NCBI GenBank assembly: GCA_965203905.1
Contig: CBDBDQ010000005.1
Span: forward strand, 6,016,001 to 6,080,000
DNA length: 64,000 bases
From: Spirochaetia bacterium
Lineage (GTDB): Bacteria > Spirochaetota > Spirochaetia > SZUA-6 > Bin103
Direction: 5' to 3'
In this document: positions 30,318 to 39,164 of the stretch, in pieces
Position numbering within the stretch: the first letter of the stretch is position 1
Layout: each line of letters begins with the position of its first letter
The notes under the pieces: model-generated
The model's database searches: none
Told to the model about the DNA's origin: nothing
The model's input: the letters and a program-made list of their open reading frames with translations, nothing else
Made by a program: the position numbers and the translations under genes

Positions 30318-31370
30318 ATGATCACGCGGATAGCACTGTTCAACCACAAGGGTAGCGTCAGCAAGACTACTACTACGTTCAATTTAGGATGGCGCCTAGC
30401 ACAGATTGGGAAACGCGTGGTTCTGGTGGATGCAGACCCGCAGTGCAACCTTACAGGACTGGTCCTTGGCTATAAGGGGCCGTCAGAGCTCGAGACGTTT
30501 TACGCTTCTGAAGCCAAGCGAAACCTCAAGTCTGGACTATCCTCCGCATTCGAATCCAAGCCAATCCCGATAAAGGCAGTCGATTGTGTCCCCATAGAAG
30601 ACCAGGATGGACTCTTCTTACTCCCCGGGCACATCGCGTTGTCCGAGTACGAGGTAACATTAGGTATCGCACAGGAGTTGTCCGGATCGATACAGACACT
30701 GCAGAATCTCCCTGGGTCTATTTCGCAACTACTGACGAAGACCGCGTCCACCATTGATGCTGACTACGTGCTTATCGATATGAATCCTAGTTTGAGCGCT
30801 TTCAATCAGAACCTCCTCATGACTAGTGACTACTTCATTGTCCCTACTACACCGGACTACTACTCCGTCATGGCAATAGACTCTCTGACACGTGTCATCC
30901 CTTCTTGGTACAGGTGGTCACAGCGAGCGCAAGAACACCCCGTGTTGCAGCAAGCGACATATCCATTTCCTCGTATTACACCTAAGTTCCTAGGAACCAT
31001 CATCCAGAATTATCGACCGCGGCGCGGCAGACCCACGGCAGGCTTCCAACAGTGGATCGACCAAATCAACGACAAAGTCACCAACCAGCTTGTTCCCGCT
31101 CTAAGGAATATCGGGATGGTACTCACCGACGAACAGTACCTATCGGCCGGGCTTGACCAGTATTGTTTGGAGACCATCCCCGACTTCAACTCACTAATCG
31201 CGCGCTCCCAGGAAGCTCAGACTCCGATTTATGATCTCACTGACGAGCAACTACAGCAATCGGGAACCGTGCTAGCACAAACTAAGAAGTTGCAAAAAAG
31301 ATTCCGAATGGTGTTTTCCAAGATTGCCAAAGAGGTCGTCACATTGACACAAGATGCAGGAAGCAATTGA
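30318..31370 (+). CDS. ParA/Soj-like ATPase (orphan, lower GC)
   Basis: NHKGSVSKTTT, VDADPQCNLT, YVLIDMNPSL. Confidence 0.88.
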   Translation: MITRIALFNHKGSVSKTTTTFNLGWRLAQIGKRVVLVDADPQCNLTGLVLGYKGPSELETFYASEAKRNLKSGLSSAFESKPIPIKAVDCVPIEDQDGLFLLPGHIALSEYEVTLGIAQELSGSIQTLQNLPGSISQLLTKTASTIDADYVLIDMNPSLSAFNQNLLMTSDYFIVPTTPDYYSVMAIDSLTRVIPSWYRWSQRAQEHPVLQQATYPFPRITPKFLGTIIQNYRPRRGRPTAGFQQWIDQINDKVTNQLVPALRNIGMVLTDEQYLSAGLDQYCLETIPDFNSLIARSQEAQTPIYDLTDEQLQQSGTVLAQTKKLQKRFRMVFSKIAKEVVTLTQDAGSN

Positions 31371-31947
31371 TCAGTTCATCGCTAACCTTGGTCGCGTCCG
31401 AAACCTCGGTGCGCTTGTCGACGCACTAGAGTCCCAGACTACGAATGCTTTGGATCTCTCCGACATACTGAGAGCGGAGCTTGTCTTGTCCGTCAGCGCA
31501 CTCGATCACTACGTTCATGAGATCGTACGAATAGGCATGCTCGAGGCCTATCGAGGAGCTCGGCAGAAGACGCCGCAATTCCTCAACTTCAATGTGTCGC
31601 TTGAGAGTGCATTATATAGTGTCGCTGGCGGGGAAACCTGGATCGATAATGAGATAAGAGCTCGTAACGGTTATCGCAGCTTCCAAACCCCAGAAAACAT
31701 TGCGTCCGCACTCCGTCTTGTCTCAGAAATTGGTCTGTGGAACCAAGTAGCGATAGTCATGGGCATGCCCGCCAAGGACATTAGAGACACGCTGTCACTC
31801 ATTGTGGATCGACGAAACAAGATCGCTCATGAAGCCGACATGGATCCATCTCCATATATAGCACGTTATCCGATTGACAAAGCTGAAGTCAACGACTCTA
31901 TCGATTTCATAGAGCGAGTAGCACGTGCGATTCACCAATCGTCGTGA
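31354..31947 (+). CDS. HEPN-domain protein (RiboL-PSP-HEPN-like)
   Basis: LRAELVLSVSALDHYVHE and RNKIAH (Rx4H); overlaps the ParA stop. Confidence 0.8.
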   Translation: MQEAIDQFIANLGRVRNLGALVDALESQTTNALDLSDILRAELVLSVSALDHYVHEIVRIGMLEAYRGARQKTPQFLNFNVSLESALYSVAGGETWIDNEIRARNGYRSFQTPENIASALRLVSEIGLWNQVAIVMGMPAKDIRDTLSLIVDRRNKIAHEADMDPSPYIARYPIDKAEVNDSIDFIERVARAIHQSS

Positions 31948-32007
31948 CACCACCTACGTCACAAGTGCAAGCAGTCTCCCTGACCGCCGCCCGGCGGCTG
32001 ACCGGCC

Positions 32008-33261
32008 TCAGTGCCCCGCCGGTGCCGGTTGCGCGGGCTGTGGCGCCGGCGTCGGCCGCGGGATGCCGAACGCGGTCACGGCGGTGGCCACCGCGATCAC
32101 GGCGGCCAGCAGGAACACCATCTCGTAGCCCGATGCCTTCCAGATGATGCCGCCCAGGAACGGCACCGTCATGGAGAAGACGTGGTCGATGGTCACCCCC
32201 ATCGACAGGGTGGTGGAGAGCTCGTCGCGGTTGGCGCACAGCTTGCCCACATACACCGCGCGCGCGGCGCCGACGAAGAACAGGATGTGGTCCAGCACGT
32301 AGGTGGCGCCGATCACGATCAGGCCGATGGCCGGCGGGAAGAGCTGGGCGCCGTAGCCGTACATCAGGCACACCCCGCACAGCAGCACCGCATCCGCGGT
32401 GAGGATGGTGCGCGGCCCGAACTGGTCGATCAGGCGGCCGATCAGCGGCATCGCCACCAGGTTGGTGACGGCCGTCGCCACCCACAACACCGCGATGGTC
32501 TGCACCGGCTGTTCGTAGATCACCACCAGCACCCACACGGCGAAGGTGATGAACACCTGCTTGCGCACCCCGAACAGCGCGCTGAGGGCGTAGTAGCGGG
32601 CGAACTTGCGCTTCACCACGAAGCGCCGCCGCCGCATCCGCTTCTGCGGCTGGCCGCGCACCGCCAGCCGCGTCAGCACCATCGAGGCGAGGAACAGGCC
32701 GGCCGCGAGCGCGAAGAAGAAGCCGAAGTCGAGGTCGGTGATGGCGCGCAGGCCCCACACGCAGCCGGCCATGGCCAGCCCGGCCAGGGTCTTCCAGAAG
32801 CCGATCCTGCCCAGCCGGCTGCCGGCCGTCGCCAGGTCGCCGTGGTCCACCACGATGGCGCGCTCGATCAGCATGCCCATGTGCTGGCCGGCCGAGTAGA
32901 GCATCACGAAGATGATCAGCGGCATGCCCGGGCCGATGCCGGCGATGCCGTCTGCCAGCGGCCGCGCCGGGAGCAGCGCCAGGCCGATCACGCCCACCGC
33001 TCCCACCACCGCCGCCAGCGAGAACAGGCGCCGCTCCGAGAGGGTGCCCAGCAGCACCACGTAGAACACCATCGCGAAGCCCTGCGACTCGCGCGGAAAC
33101 TCCAGGAAACCGCGGAACCACTCGCCGATCTCGTAGCGCTCCCGGAGGAAGTTGGGGAAGTTGATCTCGACGGTGGTGGTGGCGGCGGCGAACGCGGCGA
33201 ACGCCGCCACCAGCAGCAGGTAGGCGCGCACCGCGTCGGGCCGCGCGCGAAGGGCTCGCAT
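32008..33261 (-). CDS. MFS transporter
   Basis: About 12 hydrophobic segments, GRLIDQFGPR loop. Confidence 0.85.
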   Translation of the reverse strand: MRALRARPDAVRAYLLLVAAFAAFAAATTTVEINFPNFLRERYEIGEWFRGFLEFPRESQGFAMVFYVVLLGTLSERRLFSLAAVVGAVGVIGLALLPARPLADGIAGIGPGMPLIIFVMLYSAGQHMGMLIERAIVVDHGDLATAGSRLGRIGFWKTLAGLAMAGCVWGLRAITDLDFGFFFALAAGLFLASMVLTRLAVRGQPQKRMRRRRFVVKRKFARYYALSALFGVRKQVFITFAVWVLVVIYEQPVQTIAVLWVATAVTNLVAMPLIGRLIDQFGPRTILTADAVLLCGVCLMYGYGAQLFPPAIGLIVIGATYVLDHILFFVGAARAVYVGKLCANRDELSTTLSMGVTIDHVFSMTVPFLGGIIWKASGYEMVFLLAAVIAVATAVTAFGIPRPTPAPQPAQPAPAGH

Positions 33262-33344
33262 GCGACGCCTCCAGCATGGCACCAACGCCACTTCTGCGCC
33301 ATCCCCTTGACGGAGACCATGCCCCTACCGGAGCGTAGGCGGTG

Positions 33345-34304
33345 ATGAAAGTGCTCGTTCCCGGCGACGACCCGCCGCAGATCCAGGATTCAGGCCATCT
33401 CGACCGACTGCGGGCGCGCCCCGAGATCGACGAGGTGCAGGTCTGCCGCGACCGTCCCGGCAGCCTGGAAGCGCTGGTCGAGCGGGCCACGGGGGCGCAG
33501 CTCGTGATCAACTCGCGCGGCACGGTGCGCTGGCCGGAGGAGGTATTGCGGCGGCTGCCGGAGCTGCGTCTCATCGCCACCTGCTCCATCGGCACCGACA
33601 TGATCGACCTGGCCGCGGCTCGGCACTGCGGCGTGGTGGTGAGCAACCAGCCGGGGCGCACGGCGCCGGTGGTGGCCGAGCACGCCCTCGGGCTGATGCT
33701 GGCGCTGGCCAAGCACGCCGCCTTCCACACGGCGCAGATCCGCGCCGGCCGCTGGCCGCGGGTGGAGGGCGTCTACCTGCGCGGCAAGGTGCTGGGCATC
33801 GTCGGCAGCGGCGACATCGGCGCCGAGACGGCGCGGCTGGGCAACGCCCTCGGCATGCGGGTGGTGGCGTGGACCTTCAACCCGTCGCCCGAGCGGGCGG
33901 CGCAACTCGGCGTGCGCTACGTGGCGCTGGAGGAGCTGCTGGCCGGCAGCGACGTGGTGAGCCTGCACCTGCGCCTGAGCGCCGAATCACAGGGCCTGAT
34001 CGGCGCCCCGCAACTTGCCCTGATGAAGCCCGGGGCAATGCTGATCAACACCGCCCGCGGCGGGCTGGTGGACGGCGCGGCACTGGCAGACGCGCTCGAC
34101 CGGGGTGCCCTGTTCGGGGCGGGGCTCGACGTGTTCGAATCGGAGCCGCCGCCGCCCGACGATCCGCTGCTGCGCTGCGAGCGCGTGGTGCTGACCCCGC
34201 ACGCCGCCGACATGACACCCGAGGGCGTGGAGCTGCTCAACGAGGGCGCCGTCGACAACGTCATCGCCTTCCTCGACGGCACGCCGCGCAACGTCGTCAC
34301 CTGA
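33345..34304 (+). CDS. D-isomer-specific 2-hydroxyacid dehydrogenase
   Basis: VAEH, GIVGSGDIG, INTARG, LDVFESEP, LTPH. Confidence 0.9.
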   Translation: MKVLVPGDDPPQIQDSGHLDRLRARPEIDEVQVCRDRPGSLEALVERATGAQLVINSRGTVRWPEEVLRRLPELRLIATCSIGTDMIDLAAARHCGVVVSNQPGRTAPVVAEHALGLMLALAKHAAFHTAQIRAGRWPRVEGVYLRGKVLGIVGSGDIGAETARLGNALGMRVVAWTFNPSPERAAQLGVRYVALEELLAGSDVVSLHLRLSAESQGLIGAPQLALMKPGAMLINTARGGLVDGAALADALDRGALFGAGLDVFESEPPPPDDPLLRCERVVLTPHAADMTPEGVELLNEGAVDNVIAFLDGTPRNVVT

Positions 34305-34326
34305 CCGGCCGGAAGGAGCCGCACCC

Positions 34327-34371
34327 TCAGCGCGTCGAGAGGACGAACTCCAGCACCTCCGGCCGCACCTC
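34327..34371 (-). repeat. Detached copy of the last 45 nt of the GH2 gene (36396-36440)
   Basis: 41/45 identical; encodes EVRPEVLEFVLSTR* versus EVRPEVLEFILSTR*. Confidence 0.9.
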
Positions 34372-34487
34372 GGGGAGGAATCCTTCTATTTGTACGAACA
34401 GAATAGTAGGGGGCGCGCGTAACGAACCCAATCCATGGTCTCCGAAGATGGCCTCATTTCGAGACACTCGCCACCAATTCGAAGTCA

Positions 34488-34874
34488 TTATGTAGGAGTA
34501 GGAAACACCGTCGCGCTACGGGCGAATCTTCTGCGCATGCTCTTCGTCTTCTTCCCTTCAATGTCACTATGCGCCGGTCGATCCGGTAGTATTGGCGTAA
34601 ATCGCAGAATCTGTCCATGCGACCAATATGTATCGGCGAGAACAGATGCTACTTTTTGGTCGGGTCCTGACCACTGTGGCCATTCACGAGCTGTGGATAC
34701 AGGTGTAGACTTGGCGCCCCAGTTCGAGGACATGGCTAACCCATCGGAGTCGTTGCTGAATGCGGCTGATGATACCGTTCCGTTGCCCTTGTCGTGTTCT
34801 GGATTGATGGCGCGATAAAAATGGTCTGTACCAGCTGGTGGTGTCGGAAACCCACGGTGCTTAACTGATTGCAT
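34488..34874 (-). CDS. Hypothetical protein, possible ADP-ribosyltransferase/RES-like toxin
   Basis: 128 aa; FYR...SSAAF...MSSNW...PAHSDIEG pattern. Confidence 0.55.
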   Translation of the reverse strand: MQSVKHRGFPTPPAGTDHFYRAINPEHDKGNGTVSSAAFSNDSDGLAMSSNWGAKSTPVSTAREWPQWSGPDQKVASVLADTYWSHGQILRFTPILPDRPAHSDIEGKKTKSMRRRFARSATVFPTPT

Positions 34875-35338
34875 ATTTCTTCTTTGAAGAGACAGATAAC
34901 CTCTTGAATTCCTACGATTCCCTCATCTATCGTATCCCCAGAGTCGGGATGACTAATGAGATACTCTAGAGGAGATCCGCTAGTGGGTATGCTCACTAGA
35001 AAGTCTCTGCAATGGAGAGAGTCCCACTCCAACTCGACCCCACCGGAAGACAGAGGTGATATGAACGCCAGCCGCACTAGATGGTGTGAACATGAAGCCA
35101 AGCTACAGAGGAGCTCTGCACAAACCTCGAGGGACATCTGGGACATTCGAACTGAGCCGTCGCCATTCCAGCCGTCCTTCAGACCGGCCAGATGCACCAA
35201 TCTATCGGCTGCAGCCGGCACTGACCGGCGAAGTGAGGTTAAATCAGACGTAACCACGGGGTCCACCATGCGGTTTCGTTCGTCTCCCCACCAAGCGGTA
35301 GTCGTGGCAAAAAAATGTCGGGGCAGTGTGTCAGACAT
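34736..35338 (-). CDS. Hypothetical protein (LKDGWNG...GGVELEW motifs)
   Basis: Start overlaps the upstream stop by 8 nt; C-terminal 139-nt overlap with the next gene may be a lost stop. Confidence 0.6.
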   Translation of the reverse strand: MSDTLPRHFFATTTAWWGDERNRMVDPVVTSDLTSLRRSVPAAADRLVHLAGLKDGWNGDGSVRMSQMSLEVCAELLCSLASCSHHLVRLAFISPLSSGGVELEWDSLHCRDFLVSIPTSGSPLEYLISHPDSGDTIDEGIVGIQEVICLFKEEICNQLSTVGFRHHQLVQTIFIAPSIQNTTRATERYHQPHSATTPMG

Positions 35339-35969
35339 GGAAAGTTTCTATGAAAGCTCTCGCGTCATGTATGATCTTATAGAAGCCATCAAGGATTTCA
35401 TCCTTGGATGGCTCACCAGTCTTCTCGACATGGAGATTAATGTTCAAGTATGCTCGCCTGATTTGTTCGTTCATAAACCGGGGTTCAATGGAGAGATTTC
35501 GAACTACGCCGGCACGGTCCAAAAACGTGATGCGAGCAGACCCGCCTACAATACGCCAGTCATCGACCTCAGGAAACCCAGAGAATGCTTTGGCTGCGAT
35601 GTAATTGAAAGCAGAAACGTCGCCTGTTGAGAAAGAAAACTCAGCGTTAAATCCGTGTGCCATCGCGTTCGCTAGAGGTTTCTCTGTGTATTCCAATACT
35701 TGGTGAACTATTTCCGCCAGGGCAGGTATTCCATCATCGCGCGGATACTCCTGGAGAACGGTGCTCCTGCGTGGTGTCAGGTCGATGTGGATCCGGTCCC
35801 GATCCAGGCTAACGCGTTTTCCAGGTCCGCCCGAAACATCATTGATGTTACTCCAACGGTACTCGTAGAAGTTTCTTCCAAAACGGTCAATCGACTCGAC
35901 CGAGTCGAGTAGCTCTACTCCCAAGATGACGAAATTGATCGAGATGAGTTCAGTTTTGGGCACGGACAT
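35331..35969 (-). CDS. Hypothetical protein, TIGR04255-like
   Basis: About 212 aa, beta-rich; GFN and NINLH motifs; first gene of the low-GC cassette. Confidence 0.55.
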   Translation of the reverse strand: MSVPKTELISINFVILGVELLDSVESIDRFGRNFYEYRWSNINDVSGGPGKRVSLDRDRIHIDLTPRRSTVLQEYPRDDGIPALAEIVHQVLEYTEKPLANAMAHGFNAEFSFSTGDVSAFNYIAAKAFSGFPEVDDWRIVGGSARITFLDRAGVVRNLSIEPRFMNEQIRRAYLNINLHVEKTGEPSKDEILDGFYKIIHDARAFIETFHV

Positions 35970-36395
35970 ACTTTTCACATCCCACTCTTACTGTACTAAT
36001 GCTACGTGACACCTTCAAGATGGTCAACACTTGGTGACATCATATTCATCCTTTGTTGGCGACCATACCGACGCCGGAGAGCTTGGTGGGCGAGCCGAGG
36101 TAGCGCGGGTGACTAGGTCGTCGTTGAGGTAGTAGTCCGGGGCGCGCCCAGCTCGCTGGTTCCGCACTGGTAGCGGGCGGCGAATCGTACCGCCCGGTGG
36201 GCGGGCACCGAGAACCAGATCGGTCGAGCGCTCCGCGAGTGACAAAGACCGGACTCGACGCCGAGCCGGTGCTGTAGTACGAAGGGACCTCACAGTCAGG
36301 TGTCGACCGGCAGCTCCTGTGTATAGGCGATCCGTCGGGAGATGCCCGTCGAGTGGCCTGGCGGAGAGACAGCGTGCCGTCGGCGAACAGCTCGC

Positions 36396-39164
36396 TCAGC
36401 GCGTCGAAAGGATGAATTCCAGCACCTCGGGCCGCACCTCCACGGCGGGCCGGAACCGCTCCGACGCCGCGTAGCTCAGCAGGCTGTAGCGGAGCTGGCG
36501 CGCCACGATGCGGCGTTCCAGGTGGCTGTCCACGTCCAGCGTGCACACCAGCAGCCGGCCGCGGCCCACCGCGGCCTCGAACAGGACCGCCTCCCGGTTG
36601 TTGCGCAGCGGCTGGTCGATCACCTGGATGATCGGCGCCAGCTCGGCCGGCAGGTCGTTGAGCACCACCGCCCGAGCCGGGCTCAGGACGCCGTTGCCGC
36701 GGAACAGCTCCTCCTCGGTGTATTCCACCTCCTCGACGATGCTCAGCAGCTCCCACCAATGCCAGTTGGAGTGGTTGTCGGTCGGGAAGTGCGCCAGGGA
36801 GGGGTGCGCGGTGTCGATCACCAGGCCGCTGGACATCGGCTGGTTGGAGACCCAGAACGGGCTCCAGAAGACATTGGCGAAGCGGATCGGCTCGGCGTTC
36901 AGCAGCCGGCGCGCGAACAGCATCACCGTGGCGCCGTCCACCAGCTGTCGCCTGAGATTCTCGGTCCACTCATGGGCCACGACCAGCCCGTCCGGCTGCG
37001 GCATCTCGAGCGTCTCCGGGAACACCCACAGGGGCCAGTCGTTGGCCACCGCGGTGTCGCGGAGCGCCACCTCGAAGGAGAACTTCTGCGGGCTGGCGGC
37101 GGACGCCAGCGGCGCCGTCACCTCGCCGAGCGGCGTCAGTGCGCCCTGCGCCACGGCGGCCGGCTCCAGGTCACCCGCGGCAAGCGCCCTGCCGGCGGTA
37201 TCCCGGATCGTCCAACCGGCCGCGGCGCCGGCGATCGGGCCCGGCCCGTAGTTCGCCACCTCGACATCGGCGCTGAAGCTCTCGGCACTGGTCCAGACGT
37301 AGCGCGGGAAGCGCGCCAGCAGGACCACCGGCTGGCAGAAGCGGCGCCACGCGTCCGGCGCGATGATCCCCTTGGAATCCCAGAAGCTGTCGAGGATCCC
37401 GACCGTGGCCGATCCCTGACCGGGATAGTCGTGGATGTCCAGGAGCTGGAAGCCGCCGTAGCCGGGCGTTCGCAGCGCGCGCTCGATCTCCTCCCGGTAG
37501 AGCAGCGCGGACAGCGCACCCGATGCCTGCACGAAGGTCGGCGCCAGGTCCAGCATGCCGCGCCGGTCGAGCGACTCGCGGAACAGCTCGAAGCTGCGCG
37601 CCCGCAGGTTGCCGCGGTACTTCGGCAGCTCCGCGAAGTTCGGGTACACCCACCACTGGCCGAGCTCGTGGGTCACCACGGGCATGTCGTAGGGAGCGAA
37701 CAGGTCGCGGTAGTCGCCGTCGGTCCGCGGCCGCTCGGTGAAAAAGAAGGATTTGCCACGGTTTTCGGCGAAGTCGCGACCGAAGGGAGTGACCCAGAAC
37801 TGGTCGCCGTCGTAGGGACGTTTCACCACGAAGTCGTTGCTCACGGTCGCGTACAGGCGCCGGGGATCCGCCTGCCGCGCCCCCGAGATGAGGCGATGGC
37901 CCGGCCGGTCGGGGGAGATCTCGTTGCCCATGGTCATCAGGCAGAACGAGGGGTGGTTGCCGTAGCAGGCGAGGATGCGGGCCAGCTCCTGCTTGCGCCA
38001 GGCGTCGTCGAACGCGGTGCGCGGGGGGTGGGTCCTGCCGGCTTCGGAGAACTCGACCATCTCCGGCTGCAGCAGGATCCCCTCCTCGTCCGCCGCGATG
38101 AACGCCGCCTCCGGCGGCGTCCACGAATGGAAGCGCCAGTGGTTGAGCCCGTAACTCTTGCCGATGCGATAGATGCGCCGCCACGACTCCACGTCCATGT
38201 CCGGATACCCGGTCACCGGCGCGTTGCCGCCGTCGTGGGTGCCGCGCAGGAACACCACGCGCCCGTTGAGCAGGAACTGCGTGCCCCGAGTCCCCATCTC
38301 CCGCAACCCGAAGGTAACCTGGCGCCGGTCCCGCGAAGCGACCGGTGCGGTACTCTCGAGGGTCACCTCCAAGCGGTACAGGTTGGGGGAGAACTCGTCC
38401 CACAACTTCGCGTCGCTGCCCAGGGACAGCTCGGTCACGATGGCAGGCTGGTGGATGCCCCCCGCCGCGAAAGACGATTGCGCGCTGACCGGAGCTGCGT
38501 CGGGTGAGTCCTTGGGCCGGACGTTGCAGCTCAGGGTCCCCGCGGCGGTCCCACCCGCGTCGTTGCCGATCTTCGACACGACACGGATGCTGCGCTCCGC
38601 CACGTTCGGGTACACCTGGACATCGGCAAGATGTACCGGATCGCGGCAGGACAGCTCGATCCTTCCGATCACGCCGTTCCACACCGTCTGGGTGTGCTCG
38701 GTGTAGGCGTGGTTGCGGAACCGTTTCGGCGTGCCGCGCGGCGTACTGTCCACCATCAGGGTCAGGCGGTGAGCACCGGGGCTCGCCCAGCGGGTGAGGT
38801 CGTAGACCTGCGGGGTGAGGAGGCTGTCGCGATACCCCACCCGTTCTTCGTCCAGCCACAGCTCGGTCTCCCACAGGCACCGCTCCAGGAACAGCAGGAC
38901 ACTTTTTCCAGCCCACTGCCGCGGTATCTCGATCTCCTTCTGGTACCAGGCCTGGCCTTCGAATACGTGCGTCCGGGTGAGGTAGGTCACTTCCCGCGCA
39001 TCGTTCTCGCGTCCGTAGCCGGCGTCGTCGGTGGACCCGGGAAGGGCGATCGAATCCGACAGGGCGCCGCCGAACCAGCGTTCCGCAACCCCCCGGCGCT
39101 CCGGGTCGAGCCGGAACCCCCAGGTACCGGCCAGCGACAAGGTCGTCGCATCGTCTTGCATCAT
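36396..39164 (-). CDS. Glycoside hydrolase family 2-like protein
   Basis: SLAGTWGF, WNGVIGRIEL, WDEFSPNLY, YGLNHWRFHSW, GNE, HELGQW. Confidence 0.85.
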   Translation of the reverse strand: MMQDDATTLSLAGTWGFRLDPERRGVAERWFGGALSDSIALPGSTDDAGYGRENDAREVTYLTRTHVFEGQAWYQKEIEIPRQWAGKSVLLFLERCLWETELWLDEERVGYRDSLLTPQVYDLTRWASPGAHRLTLMVDSTPRGTPKRFRNHAYTEHTQTVWNGVIGRIELSCRDPVHLADVQVYPNVAERSIRVVSKIGNDAGGTAAGTLSCNVRPKDSPDAAPVSAQSSFAAGGIHQPAIVTELSLGSDAKLWDEFSPNLYRLEVTLESTAPVASRDRRQVTFGLREMGTRGTQFLLNGRVVFLRGTHDGGNAPVTGYPDMDVESWRRIYRIGKSYGLNHWRFHSWTPPEAAFIAADEEGILLQPEMVEFSEAGRTHPPRTAFDDAWRKQELARILACYGNHPSFCLMTMGNEISPDRPGHRLISGARQADPRRLYATVSNDFVVKRPYDGDQFWVTPFGRDFAENRGKSFFFTERPRTDGDYRDLFAPYDMPVVTHELGQWWVYPNFAELPKYRGNLRARSFELFRESLDRRGMLDLAPTFVQASGALSALLYREEIERALRTPGYGGFQLLDIHDYPGQGSATVGILDSFWDSKGIIAPDAWRRFCQPVVLLARFPRYVWTSAESFSADVEVANYGPGPIAGAAAGWTIRDTAGRALAAGDLEPAAVAQGALTPLGEVTAPLASAASPQKFSFEVALRDTAVANDWPLWVFPETLEMPQPDGLVVAHEWTENLRRQLVDGATVMLFARRLLNAEPIRFANVFWSPFWVSNQPMSSGLVIDTAHPSLAHFPTDNHSNWHWWELLSIVEEVEYTEEELFRGNGVLSPARAVVLNDLPAELAPIIQVIDQPLRNNREAVLFEAAVGRGRLLVCTLDVDSHLERRIVARQLRYSLLSYAASERFRPAVEVRPEVLEFILSTR

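Noticed and set aside
30318-31370. Plasmid or chromosome partition locus
   Set aside because: No ParB, parS repeats or replication genes nearby
30140-31985. Gene-end duplication flanking ParA-HEPN (GTGCGCGCATCCTGA versus GTGCAAGCAGTCTCCCTGA)
   Set aside because: Too short and degenerate to distinguish from chance
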